64,000 nucleotides of DNA, from positions 16,846-80,845 of the forward strand of contig NW_021833229.1 of assembly GCF_006345805.1 (NCBI RefSeq), read 5' to 3'. This document shows positions 26,560 to 39,176 of this stretch, one piece after another. This stretch comes from Octopus sinensis. Lineage: Eukaryota. Below the pieces are notes generated by a model that had not been told where the DNA came from, did not search any database, and saw only the letters and a list, made by a program, of their open reading frames with translations. The stretch's first letter is position 1. Every line of letters begins with the position of its first letter. Both the position numbers and the translations under genes were made by a program.

Positions 26560-26905
26560 ATAAAAAAAAAAGAAGAAGAAAAAACACAAGAAAAAGCAAC
26601 AACGCAAGGACGTGGTACATGCAAAGTATTAACAGACGCTCAAGGAAGGAAAGAAATGTAGTTTTACGTTTCGAGCAAAGCTCTTCTTCAGAAAAAGGAG
26701 ACAGAGTAAAGTCCAAGAGAAAAGGAAGATGGTGGAAGAAAATCGCCAACGATCCCCAAGTAGTACCATTTTGAATATATAGTGTCTCATCTCCACTGTG
26801 TTAATCTGTAACAACCATATCCAGTGAGTGTTGATGCCACTACGTTATGCGATTTACCTTAGGTGTCGAAACCGCGAAAATCCCTGGAGAGAGGTCCTTT
26901 CTTTG

Positions 26906-26941
<36 letters not shown>

Positions 26942-27259
26942 ACACACACACACACATACACACACACACACACACATACACACACACACACACACACACA
27001 TACACACACACATGCTTGTGCGCACACAAGCATACACATACATACGCACAAACGTATACACACGCTCAAACACGATTAAGCACATTAAGCACACGCATTA
27101 ATTAATGTAAGCTGTATGTAACGATAGTAATGTAAAATTGACAACTGCTTGTGATCGTTAGTTGAACTCCTCCAATGTGAGAGTTGGAAGACAGACACCC
27201 AGTCAAACAGTGAGAGACTATCAGAAAGAAAGAAAGACTGTGAAAGGGGCAGAGAGAGA

Positions 27260-27292
<33 letters not shown>

Positions 27293-27478
27293 AGAGAAAG
27301 ACAGAGGGAAAGAGAAAGAGAGAGAAGTAGGCACAGATAGGTGAGCCAACGGAAAGAGTCTCAACATGGCCAATCGACTTGATAGACTTGATAGCAGCCA
27401 TTTTGTTTTTCAGATTACACTTCACTGTCTTAAAAATAGAAAGGGGGCATTACAAAATGTAATCACGTAAGCATAAAT

Positions 27479-27920
27479 ACAGGATGACACGGCCGGGTGC
27501 CTTTGACCATTTCTTTGCTCATTTAGAAGCGACCTGGACCAAAACGATATCAACAACAACACTATACTTGTTTGGTCATAGTACCATGTTCTTCGCAGCA
27601 TTTAAGGGAATCTACTTTGTCCCAAGCATTCGAGTCAAGCCTTATATTTCACTCTTTCAAAGGCTCCATAGAGGGTCATGGGTAATTAATGCGAGGACAT
27701 CTAGCTACAAGGACTAACAAAATTCCGCATCACAGTCAAAATACATCTGGCTGTAGGACGGATTGCATGCGGCTAGCGTATTGGAGAAGGTGATGCAAAA
27801 GCATCAAAAGTCTTCTCGGACATTTTCATCGAACATTTTCAGTCAGAAACAGGATTAGGAAGCTATCATTTTGTGCATGACTGCAATCGCAAGACGACAA
27901 AACAATAATGTCGACATTGC
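27479..27920 (-). mobile_element. Possible degraded Tc1/mariner remnant
   Basis: TACAGGATGACAC terminal-like motif; coding similarity is only suggestive. Confidence 0.25.
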
Positions 27921-27974
<54 letters not shown>

Positions 27975-28070
27975 GGAGTAAACACATAAATGTGAAACAA
28001 GGTGAAAAAAAGAGTACTCAAATTCTAGTGGTAGAGTAATATGCTTTATTTAAAGCAGCAGAAAATTCAA

Positions 28071-28120
28071 CAAAACCTGTTACTCTGAGTTTCCCGTTGC
28101 CGTTCATCGGACAGTTTTTG
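28071..28120 (-). ncRNA. Type I hammerhead motif, family C (CCGAUGA core), within a repeat at ~27972-28120
   Basis: CAAAAACUGU-CCGAUGA-ACG GCAA CGG-GAAA-CUCAGAG-UA^ACAGGUUUUG; A.G mismatch at the base of stem II. Confidence 0.7.
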
Positions 28121-28281
28121 CAGGAGTGGCTGTGTGGTAAGTAGCTTGCTAACCAACCACATGGTTCCGAGTTCAATCCCACTGCGTGGCATCTTGGGCA
28201 AGTGTCTTCTGCTATAGCCCCGGGCCGACCAATGCCTTGTGAGTGGATCTGGTAGACGGAAACTGAAAGAAGCCCGTCGTA

Positions 28282-28319
<38 letters not shown>

Positions 28320-28323
28320 TATA

Positions 28324-28370
<47 letters not shown>

Positions 28371-28599
28371 ATGTGTGTGTTTGTGTGTCTGTGTTTGTCC
28401 CCCTAGCATTGCTTGACAAACGATGCTGGTGTGTTTACGTCCCCGTCACTTAGCGGTTCGGCAAAAGAGACCGATAGAATAAGTACTTGGCTTACAAAGA
28501 ATAAGTCCCGGGGTCGATTTGCTCGACTAAAGGCGGTGCTCCAGCATGGCCGCAGTCAAATGACTGAAGCAAATAAAAGAGTAAAAGAGTAAAAGAGTA

Positions 28600-28600
<1 letters not shown>
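28121..28600 (+). mobile_element. Family-2 tRNA-derived SINE with internal microsatellite
   Basis: ggagtggctgtgtggtaag...ggttccgagttcaatccc head and aaaagagt tail; copies at 26120, 36236 and 39600. Confidence 0.88.
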
Positions 28601-28696
<96 letters not shown>

Positions 28697-29003
28697 ATAT
28701 ATGTTGTGTGTGTGTGTGTGTGGTGTGTGTGTGTGTTTCTAGCACATATTTCGCCTTTTAATGTACTGATATATGAATAATATATGGCCTGAGCTAGTTT
28801 CACCAGCGATAATAATTAATTTTATTTTATCGCAATTTGACTTGTTTACATATTTCTCGATAAATTTTGAGCGTTAGACAATATACCAGAAATCCCTAGT
28901 TTTGTCGGGACGTTCTGAGTCTGCGCAGTGATCTGATTAGTTAGAGAGAGCAAATCATTAGAAGCACATGCTTCTAGTGAGTTAGGATCTCAGAACAACA
29001 GGG

Positions 29004-29076
29004 CTCTTACCGATGAATTCTCCCTGAGCAAATAAATTATCTTATTGCTGAAAAGAACGAAACTGCAGTCTAAGAG
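29004..29076 (+). ncRNA. Type I hammerhead ribozyme, family B, copy 1
   Basis: CUCUUA-CCGAUGA-AUUC...GAAC-GAA-ACUGCAGU-C^UAAGAG: 6-bp stem I, palindromic stem III, GUC cleavage triplet after 29070. Confidence 0.8.
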
Positions 29077-29400
29077 GAACCGAGTTAGTAAATGTTCTTA
29101 TTTTCATTTCACTAAATTTATCTAGCTTCTGTGTTTCTAGCACATTTTCGCCTTTTAATGTACTGATATATGAATAATATATGGCCTGTGCTAGTTTCAC
29201 CAGCGATAATAATTAATTTTATTTTATCGCAATTTGACTTGTTTACATATTTCTCGATAAATTTTGAGCGTTAGACAATATACCAGAAATCCCTAGTTTT
29301 GTCGGGACGTTCTGAGTCTGCGCAGTGATCTGATTAGTTAGAGAGAGCAAATCATTAGAAGCACATGCTTCTAGTGAGTTAGGATCTCAGAACAACAGGG

Positions 29401-29474
29401 CTCTTACCGATGAATTCTCCCTGAGCAAATAAATTATCTTTATTGCTGAAAAGAACGAAACTGCAGTCTAAGAG
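29401..29474 (+). ncRNA. Type I hammerhead ribozyme, family B, copy 2
   Basis: Same motif; predicted cleavage after 29468, 398 nt from copy 1. Confidence 0.8.
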
Positions 29475-29649
29475 GAACCGAGTTAGTAAATGTTCTTATT
29501 TTCATTTCACTAAATTTATCTAGCTTCTGTGTTTCTAGCACATATTTCGCCTTTTAATGTACTGATATATGAATAATATTTGGCCTGAGCTAGTTTCACC
29601 AGCGATAATAATTAATTTTATTTTATCGCAATTTGACTTGTTTATATAT

Positions 29650-29732
<83 letters not shown>

Positions 29733-30624
29733 TATACAATATTTATATACATATATACATATATCTATGTACATCATCCTTCATCATTTCCATATCATTC
29801 GTCAACCTTACTGTGATTCACATCCCACACTTATTGTTTCGTTCAATCCTTCTGCTTCAAAACTTAAACCTCCTGGAACCCTCCTTACATTTTTTTTTCT
29901 GAAGACATCGATTTATAGATTGTTCAGGTTGATCACAAATAGCATCAATCACAACAACCTCAGAAGGTCTATCAAGGTCATTGGACATTGCGCATTGTTT
30001 CTCAGCAATTTCAGCGGACTCTGAAGCCCAGTAAAGAGGATACAGTTTCTACCTCATGATTAAAGAATAATCATATTATTATTCTTTGTCCGTTTGTTAC
30101 ACTTACATCAAGGGAGCTAATGACTCCAATGAAGAAATATATATTGAGAGAAAGAGCGAGAAAGAGAAGGGAAAACAAAGAGAAAGAGAGAAAGAGAAAG
30201 AGAGAGAGGGAGGGGGGGAGAGGTCTATATTATGCACTTCCGTGTTCAAATCGCAAGGTTAGTCGAAATATTTAACATAATGAATCAATCTCATGGAGAT
30301 CTATAAATTTATGCATTAAAAGATATATCGATAGATAGTTAAATTAAAGTGGAATAAATTTATCAAATAGTTGTGGATGTTACTAAAGGTTGTGCCATGC
30401 TGGAATACTGCCATTATTTATTTTTCAATTTTTGTATTAGTTTTAAATGCTTGTCGATATTATGTGAATAGAGAGATATATACGTCGGCGGAAGGATAGA
30501 TAGGTAGACAAACATACAGATAGAAAGACAGACAGACATACGGACGGACGGACGGACGGACGGACATACATACATACATACATACATACATACATACATA
30601 CATAATACGTACACATACATATAT

Positions 30625-30685
<61 letters not shown>

Positions 30686-31387
30686 CAATGATAATAAAGG
30701 GTAAAATTAATTAATCAATTAATAATTAATAATTAGTTCGGTATGTTAAAAGAACCGTTATCGGCAAACTTATACAAAAATTCTATAATTATGAGCATAA
30801 TTATAATTAGGGTTCAACAACATTTGCTTCACCACATATCGAAATTTAGAAATAATACTCAACAACTCACGCAGGTAAAGAGAAAAAATAACGAATCCAC
30901 CCGGCTTTGATTAACTGTATACGCGTTTCGGGGATAAAGAGATGTAAAATGATGTAAAGCAAATTTTGCTGCACCCTAATTATGATTATGTTAATAATTA
31001 TAGAATTTTTAATGGAGATTGAAACTTTTTAAAGCAAATTTTATCAGTGGCCAGCATATAAAAGGGAAGCGATTAAGGTGAAATTATATGTATAATTACA
31101 GGGGCTTAGAAAAGAAATTTTCTAGCATATATACAGAAAAATGGACGCTAAATCGGTTCACCACTCAAAGACATATGTGCTGAATTCGACGCAACAAGCC
31201 AACGGAAATTATTAATAAAATAGATATTCTTGTATTAGCTCATTCCTGGATCTGCCCAAAGGCTCTTCCGTCACTAGCAGGAATTCAGCACATGTGTTTT
31301 TGAGTGGTGAGTCGATATAGCGTCTGTTTCTCAGCATATAGGCAAGAAAATTTCTTTTCTAAGTCCTTATTATAATTATATATATTG

Positions 31388-31462
<75 letters not shown>

Positions 31463-31477
31463 GTGTGTGTATGTATG

Positions 31478-31508
<31 letters not shown>

Positions 31509-31534
31509 TATAGAGAGAGAGAGAGGGAGATAGT

Positions 31535-31600
<66 letters not shown>

Positions 31601-31739
31601 CTTAGGTCAGTCTGTAGATAGACCTATAGATATGCAGATAAAGAGATATATTAACAGGTATCCAAATAAATAGGTATCTAAACTGAAAGAAACGAAAATA
31701 AATTTAAATAATTTCAATTGTTAAATAACTTAAATAAGA

Positions 31740-32230
31740 ACTGACATTATTTACATTTGACGGATATTTGTCCTCATCTTTTTTGTTAACACAACGTTTC
31801 GGCTGATATACCCTCCAGCTTTCTTCAGGTGTCTTGGGAAATTTCGAACCTGGGTTCTCATTCCTAAGGTATTTTTCGATGTTATTATCATTATTATCAT
31901 TATTATCATCATCATCATCATCATCATCATTATTATTATTATTGTTCAGGTCACTGCTTGGAATAATACCTCTCTTTACACTGTATGGATAGTGGGAATT
32001 GAAGTTGAGGTATCGTCCAGTAAAGGTCGGCTTACGGTATACGGATGTCCTGAATCCATACTTGGTGCGTGTTATTAATACGTCCAGAAATGCCAGATGA
32101 TTGTCTTTTTCCTGAAGAAAGCTGGAGAGTATATCAGCCGAAACGTTGTGTTAACAACAAAAGATGAGGACAAATATCCGTCAAATGTAAATAATGTACG
32201 TAATTCCTCATCTCTTAAATGTAGAACTGT
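31740..32230 (-). mobile_element. Penelope-like element fragment: RT piece, pLTR and inverted pLTR
   Basis: Minus 31960-32104 translates DNHLAFLDVLITRTKYGFRTSVYRKPTFTGRYLNFNSHYP (PLE RT thumb); 31745-31830 is the inverse of 32110-32195. Confidence 0.85.
31788..31833 (-). ncRNA. Minimal PLE-type hammerhead, family D
   Basis: GACAC-CUGAAGA-AA-GCUG..CAGC-C-GAAACGUU^GUGUU with palindromic AACGUU stem III. The + strand copy at 32112-32152 lacks the 5' strand of stem I. Confidence 0.72.
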
Positions 32231-32621
32231 ATCATCTTGGACTGAACCTTCGTGGTTGTTGGTTAGCGAAAAGTGTCGTGTTTACACACACACACACACA
32301 CACACACACAAATACGTTTTATATTTTTAATTCATCTTTTATTTCCTTAAACTGCAAAGCACATCATATCTGTCAAACATATTATTAGAAGGTAAATAAT
32401 CAATATATTCTTAGTTCATTTCAATTATATTTGAAAGTACAGTTTTGATTAAGTGGCAAGATTTCAAAAGAAATAGATAACTCAGGAAAAGATAATAATA
32501 ATAATGATAATGATAATAATAACAACAACAACAACAACAACAATAATAATAATTATTATTATTATTACTATTGTTGTTGTTGTTGTTGTTGTTGTTGTTA
32601 TTATTATTATTATTATTATTA

Positions 32622-32984
32622 TTAAAAACAGAAACAATTCCTATCATAATAGGTGCATTAGGTATGATAAAAATTATTCAGAGAAATACATAACAAAAAC
32701 CAGGACTAACAAGTATATATAACACAGAAAATAGCCCTACTAGGCACCGCACACATCCTACATAAAACACTTTCAATACAGTAACCACATGAGCATCACA
32801 ACAAACCACAGCACATACCCAAGGCACACAGAGCTGCGCTCGGTAGTGCAGTGAAAGCACGTGATAAAAATAAACTACTGAATGATGATGATAATGATGA
32901 TGATGATAATGATGATGATGATGATGATGATGGTGATGGTGATGGTTATGGTGATGGTGATAGTGATGATGGTGGTGATGATGG

Positions 32985-33018
<34 letters not shown>

Positions 33019-33690
33019 CATGAAGAGAAGAAATATACTGTATAAACATAAAATTACTGAACAAGCTATACCTGACATAAAAGAACAGCTAAAGCGAGAT
33101 ATCCCCGCCAAAGCATAAAGAATCCACCGGTATGAAAAACACCAACGTTTCTTTGAACAAAACAAACAGTTCAATTCCTACCTCAAAAGGTTCTACCAAG
33201 AACTTAGCAAAAATAAAATACAGATCAATGCAGCACCAACAGCAGAAGCGGAATAATTTTGGAAAGGATTATGGTTAGTGATGGAACAACCTCAGAGAAT
33301 ATCTAACAAAACAATGAACAGAGCACCTGAACAACTCTGGACCCCTATAACAACTGAAGAGGTCACCAAGGCACTGAAAAAACTAAGCAATTGGAAGGCA
33401 TCCAGGCGCGACAAGATCCCCAACTTCTGGTTAAAATACCTAACAGGAAAACATAAAACGCTGGCTGAGAAACTTAATGAAATACTAGCAGAGCCAGAGA
33501 TAATGCCTGAATGACTCACGGAATGACATACAGAAAATAGCACTACTAGGTATCGTACACATCCTACGTAAAACACTTTCACTGCAGTGAAAATAAGAGC
33601 ACCACAACAAACTACAGTGCATATCCAAGGCACACAGAGCTGCGATCGGAGTGCAGTGAAAGCACGTGATAAAAATAAGACTTTAGCTGC
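32622..33690 (+). mobile_element. Two R4/Dong-like LINE remnants (3' end with (ATG)n tail; internally deleted copy)
   Basis: ETIPIIIGALGM and IALLGTAHIL 3' motifs; LWTPITTEEVTKALKKLSNWKASRRDKIPNFWLK (RT domain 0/1). Confidence 0.85.
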
Positions 33691-33734
33691 ATCTCTGACT
33701 GATGAAGTGCACCAAAATTTAGCTACATCTCTGA

Positions 33735-34301
33735 CTGATGTCATCTATACGAAGCACGTGAAACAAGATCTTCATTTGCGTAAAACGATGTTGAGCGTAT
33801 GGTAGGACTGGGAAGGGATTATCCAGTACAAATTGCTTGAACGGAACCAAACGATCAACGCGGAAGTCAATATTCAACAGATGGAACGACTCAACACGGC
33901 TATTCAAGAGAAAAAGACCTAATCGTAAGCATGAAGTTCTTCTGCTGCACGACAACGCCCACCTTCATATCGCCAATATGACCAAGGAAGCCATTCAAAT
34001 GCATGGCTGGGAAGTGCTGCCACAGCCGCCGTACTCTCCTGATTTGGCACCAACGGATTTCCTCCTCTTTCAATCTCTTTCAAATGCTATGCGCGGAGTT
34101 TCGTTCAATACTGATGCAGAATCAATTTTTCGAGTCGAAATCGGATAATTTCTACCAACGCGGTATTAAAAATCTTGTTTAACGTTGGGAAGAAGTTGTA
34201 AACAACAAGGGTGAATACATTATTGATTGATCAGTTGTTCTTTTTTATTTAACCTTTTGAAAAGTTTTTAAAACGGCGGGAACTTACTTGCCAACCTAAT
34301 A
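33735..34301 (+). mobile_element. Mariner transposase 3' half and right TIR
   Basis: LLLHDNAHLH...WEVLPQPPYSPDLAPTDF (ORF 33837-34148); terminal ggcgggaacttacttgccaacctaata. Confidence 0.9.
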
Positions 34302-34759
34302 ATTCCCAAAACATTTTAATCTATGAACATTGTCAAATGTACTTTAAATGTACATAACAGCAAACACTTTTTACTGTCGTTTTAAGATCATACTATTATC
34401 TAACATCAAATTAATCTTTTTTTAAACTTCTAAATTTCTTATGTTTTTACTGACACTCTCTCCGACAATACTCTGTGCAAAATCAAAAATATGGTATCAA
34501 AGTCGTAACACCGACTTAAACTTCTAATTTGTTATCTCTTGAGGTATCTGGATGAGATTTGGAGTGAAATTGTACAAATACAAAGCAAAAGCCAAACATA
34601 ATACAACAACAACAACAACAATCATTTCTTTATTAACCTCAAGGGGTTACATTAAGAAAATATTAGGGACAGCACAGGACAAAACAAAAAATGTGAGTGT
34701 GTGTGTAAGTATGTGTTGTGAGGATTTTGCGTGTAAACAAGACCAATCTTTTTTTAAAA

Positions 34760-35370
34760 TGAACAATGTGTGATCCCCGATAGGGAGGCGACGTTCGAAG
34801 GGCTGCTCATGGAAAACCCCATAAAATACAATGGGTACCCTGACTTTTGGGACAGGTACATTTTTCTCTCCTTTTTTCCAACTACAGGCGTATGCTCAGG
34901 GCAGGCCTGTTCACTCACACCATTCTTGCAACTTTCATCCACCTTTCAGCAAACTGGCTTGAAGACAACACTTTTCTCTCTACCCTTATTTTCCTTTTCA
35001 GGTGAAACTTGAAGTAGTTGATCAGGGATTGGCCGAAGAGAAAAGTGTTTGTCTTCAGCCCCTTCAATCTCGTCCACCATACAACCTATTTCGCCATGGC
35101 CACCAGGCATACAAAAACAGCTTTTCCTTCCCGATTTCAACTGTTGGCACTTCCATGCCTGAAGAGCTTGTCTCGAACAGGCAATGTCTGCCTGTAGCGC
35201 TGTCATGCCAAAGACTTTGGGAAATTCTCCATGCTCTTCGACCCGAAAGTCCTCCGGAAGAGAGCACTCAAACTTTTCTCGTCCCTTGGCCATCGTCGCT
35301 CATTTCCTCAATGAGCCTCCTATAGAAATCTTGAGTTGTTTTCCCGCTAACGGTTTTGTCCAGCGGGTAC
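34760..35370 (-). pseudogene. Tx1-like LINE 3' fragment
   Basis: GKTTQDFYRRLIEE and VVWWTRLKGLKTNTFLFGQSLINYFKFHLKRK parallel the C-terminus of ORF2 at 55943-56783. Confidence 0.75.
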
Positions 35371-35380
35371 AATAATAATG

Positions 35381-35444
<64 letters not shown>

Positions 35445-35445
<1 letters not shown>

Positions 35446-35695
35446 CGTTTAACGTCCGTTTTCCGCGCTAGCACGGGTTGGACGGTTCGACCGGGGTCTG
35501 GGAAGCCAGGGGCTGCACCAGGCTCTAGTCTGATCTGGCAGTGTTTCTACAGCTGGATGCCCTTCCTAACGCCAACCACTCCGCGAGTGTAGTGGGTGCT
35601 TTTTACGTGCCACCTGCACAGGTGCCAGTGGGGTCTGGCATCGGCCACGATCGGTTGGTGCTTTTAACATGCCACCGGCACGGAAGCCAGCCAAG

Positions 35696-35697
<2 letters not shown>
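35445..35697 (+). mobile_element. Family-3 repeat
   Basis: Matches the reverse complement of 10320-10750; flanked by (AAT)n. Confidence 0.75.
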
Positions 35698-35760
<63 letters not shown>

Positions 35761-35777
35761 TAAAAATAATATGATGG

Positions 35778-35808
<31 letters not shown>

Positions 35809-36235
35809 AATGATGATGATGATGGTGGTGGTGGTGGAGATTTATTTTATTTGCCACTAGGGTGAAGGATGAAGGACAATGCAAAGACAGACATAAGACT
35901 ATGGGGGTTTATATATAATAGAATGATAAAAAAAAACAGATTGAAGGAAAAGAATATACGGTATACATTAAAAGAAGGGAAATATACATAGTATACGACA
36001 CTAAAAAGAAGAAAGAAGAAAAAAGTGATAGTGATGGGGTCCTCCTAATACAGGAGGACCTCAAGGGATAATCGATGAATTTGAAGTCAGAACTTAACGG
36101 GCCGGAAGAAATGTCTCTAAGTCCAGCGTGCTAACGAATCTGCCAGCTCATCGCCTTAACGATAACAATAACAAATAAATATAAACAATACTAGTCATTA
36201 TGGTAGTTTTCTCCTCCCTTAGTAATTATTTTTCT

Positions 36236-36700
36236 TTTACTCTTTACTCTTTTACTGTTAAATCACTTTTTAAGGTTATACTCTCTTTACTCTTTTACAC
36301 TTTTACTTGTTTCAGTCATTTGACTGTGGCCATGCTGGAGCACCGCCTTTAGTCGAACAAATCGCCCCCCAGGACTTATTCGTTGTAAGCCTAGTACTTA
36401 TTCTATCGGTGTCTTTTGCTGAAGCGCTAGTTGCCGAGGACATAAACACACCAGCATCGGTTGTCAAGCAATGCTAGGGGGACAAACACACGACACACAA
36501 ACACACACACACATACATACATACATACATACATACATACATACATACATACATACATACAAATACATACACACACACATACATACATACATACATACAT
36601 ACATACATACATACATACATACATACATACATACATACATACATACACACACACAACATACATACATACATACATACATACATACATACCACTACATACA
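36236..36700 (-). mobile_element. Family-2 SINE 3' part with (TACA)n
   Basis: tttcagtcatttgactgtggccatgctggagcaccgcc matches the tail of the 28121 copy. Confidence 0.8.
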
Positions 36701-38252
36701 ATTATATATAATTAATATAATAATATTAGGGAATAAATCCAAACTTACAGGGAAAAATTAGATTTAGGATTAAATCCAATTTATAGTATAAATAATTATA
36801 TTATATTATATATATTAAATTAGAGATAAAACCACTATTAGGCAAATCAAACAGTGAAAAACATAAGCCAATACATAAAATTAATTTAAAAATATAAAGT
36901 TAAAAATAAAAAATTATTATTTAAATAATTTAAACTTACAAATTTTATATATATATACAAATATATATATATATGTATGTATATTTTTATATTATATATT
37001 ATTTTATTTATTTTATATATTATAGATATATATTATTATCAAAAGTATTAAAGTTTAATAAAAGATAAAGAGTAAAAACACTACGATCGTTTCATGGCTG
37101 TACCAATTCGAATAACAATAATTTAAATTCAATAATAATTCGAGTTATGGTTACAGTCAATCTTCAGGTTAATTGAAATATTTTAAAAATAATCAGAAAT
37201 ATTTAAACAATATTTTTAAGATATAAATAATATAATAATTTACTTATAATAAACTCTATTATCAAACTAGAAACTTAAAACTTAACAATTATGATTATAT
37301 CAAAATCGATTATAATGTTAAATATTAATTTTAATTTATAAGGTAGGAAACCCACCAATAATCTAATATCGGTAATAGTCTATATCTAATTACATAAATA
37401 TTTAAAAAAAGAAAAAAATGACTATTATATATAATTATCAATGAAAATATATAAATGTATATAAATATTATAATTAAGATCTAAAATAATCTCTATAAAT
37501 AAATATATGCACATATAATAAAAACCTAATAAATTAATTTTTCATATTTAAAGATGAAATAGCTAATTTCAAAAATACAAACAACAAACTTAAACGAACT
37601 TTCGGAAATCTTATGTAAAATACTTATAGAAATAATCAATTCGTAGTTATATAGTATCGAATAAATACTTAAATACAATTATCAAGGAAATAACTAGCGA
37701 ATATCAATTTAAAAAGACAATAACTAAGTTATGCTATTAAGTTAGACATGGCCTGGACCAATCTTAGTCGAAACATATCTAGTTATCAAAGTTTATCTTA
37801 TTTTAATTATAAGAAATTTAAACTACAATTAATACTATTAATACATGATATACAAAAGCCTAACTTTAGACACCTCGTATGCTTGCTATCAAACAACAAA
37901 TCTATCGCTAAGTAGTATCTTACGAATAAACTTAAATTAATATCTAATAATATAGAAAATTACGATAATTAGATCATTACATAAACACGATATTTACATA
38001 AGGAAAATATTATTACACCAAAGACTTATAAAATATTAAAATTTACAATTTAAAGATCTTTAATATAAATAAATACTTATCTTAGCGAGGTTTTGTAATG
38101 AACTAAAATTTTGAATCGGAAAACGTCTTTACAGCGTTTATAAGAATACTCGTGGAATTACGTTATTAGCAAAGATAAGTATTTATTAATATTTAAGATC
38201 TTTAAATTGTAAATTTTAATATTTTATAAGTCTTTGGTGTAATAATATTTTC
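36700..38252. repeat. Very AT-rich unclassified block ending in an 84-bp inverted repeat
   Basis: 38003-38086 is the inverse of 38169-38252, with an 82-nt spacer. Confidence 0.6.
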
Positions 38253-38694
38253 TACATGTGTGTTAGTGTGTGTGAGTATATATATGCATATATATACGTG
38301 TGTGTGTGTGTGTGTATGTGTGTTATACATACAGCCCATTAGCCCCTATGTCAAACACATCGTCACTATACAGACTAGTCTATATCTTCTCTCATACGTT
38401 TCCCTCTCTTTCTCTCCCTCACGTTCTTCTAAGGCCTTCCAACTCAAACCTTATTCACTTTAAAGATGGAACTAGTAATCTCCATTATCCTTTACTAGGG
38501 ATTCTATTCGAAACATTCCCAATAAAACTGATGATTCCTCGATCATGGAAATATCAAACACATCTATATTTTACACTGGACATTCCTTGGCTTCTCAAAG
38601 AAGTAGTAACTATATCTTCGATTAAAGATATTCCACATTTCTTCTTCTCTCTCTCTCTCTCTCTCTTTTCTCTCTCTCTCTCTGTCTCTCTGTC

Positions 38695-38725
<31 letters not shown>

Positions 38726-39101
38726 GATGCTGGCTTACTACTTAGCTTACATGGAATTCTTTACTCAATAACATATGATCCACATGCTTAGCTGTTCTAG
38801 AAACAGTTGTAAGAAACTTTACGTATCTATTATAACTACTCTGAACTATATTTATATTATAAAATAAATGTTCTAGAATTATGCTAAATGTTTTGCTTGT
38901 TCATTATCTGTTTTAATGTATGTCTACGCACTCAATGGCGAACCACTTCTAACTAGCTTTGATAGGCAATTTCAGCGCACATCTTTCAGTTGTAGTTCAA
39001 ACAGGGATTTTAGTGGTAAACCATACTGAGTACTCGGATCACATACCTATTAGATTATGTGAATGACGAAGATTATACAATATATATATATATATATATA
39101 T

Positions 39102-39176
<75 letters not shown>

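Larger units (their letters stand above)
28733..29644 (+). mobile_element. Retrozyme-like tandem array: 2.3 copies of a 398-bp monomer, the two complete copies each carrying a hammerhead
   Basis: ctagcac recurs at 28739, 29137 and 29535 (period 398); flanked by (TG)n and (TA)n. Confidence 0.85.

Noticed and set aside
28733-29644. CRISPR-like or purely artefactual tandem repeat
   Set aside because: Long identical units without spacers, so not CRISPR. Small copy differences and the hammerhead favour a retrozyme, though read confirmation is still needed.
33695-33775. CTGATGAAGTGC...GCACGTGAAAC possible hammerhead
   Set aside because: Spans a junction between a LINE remnant, a short duplication and mariner coding sequence; no stem I or III.
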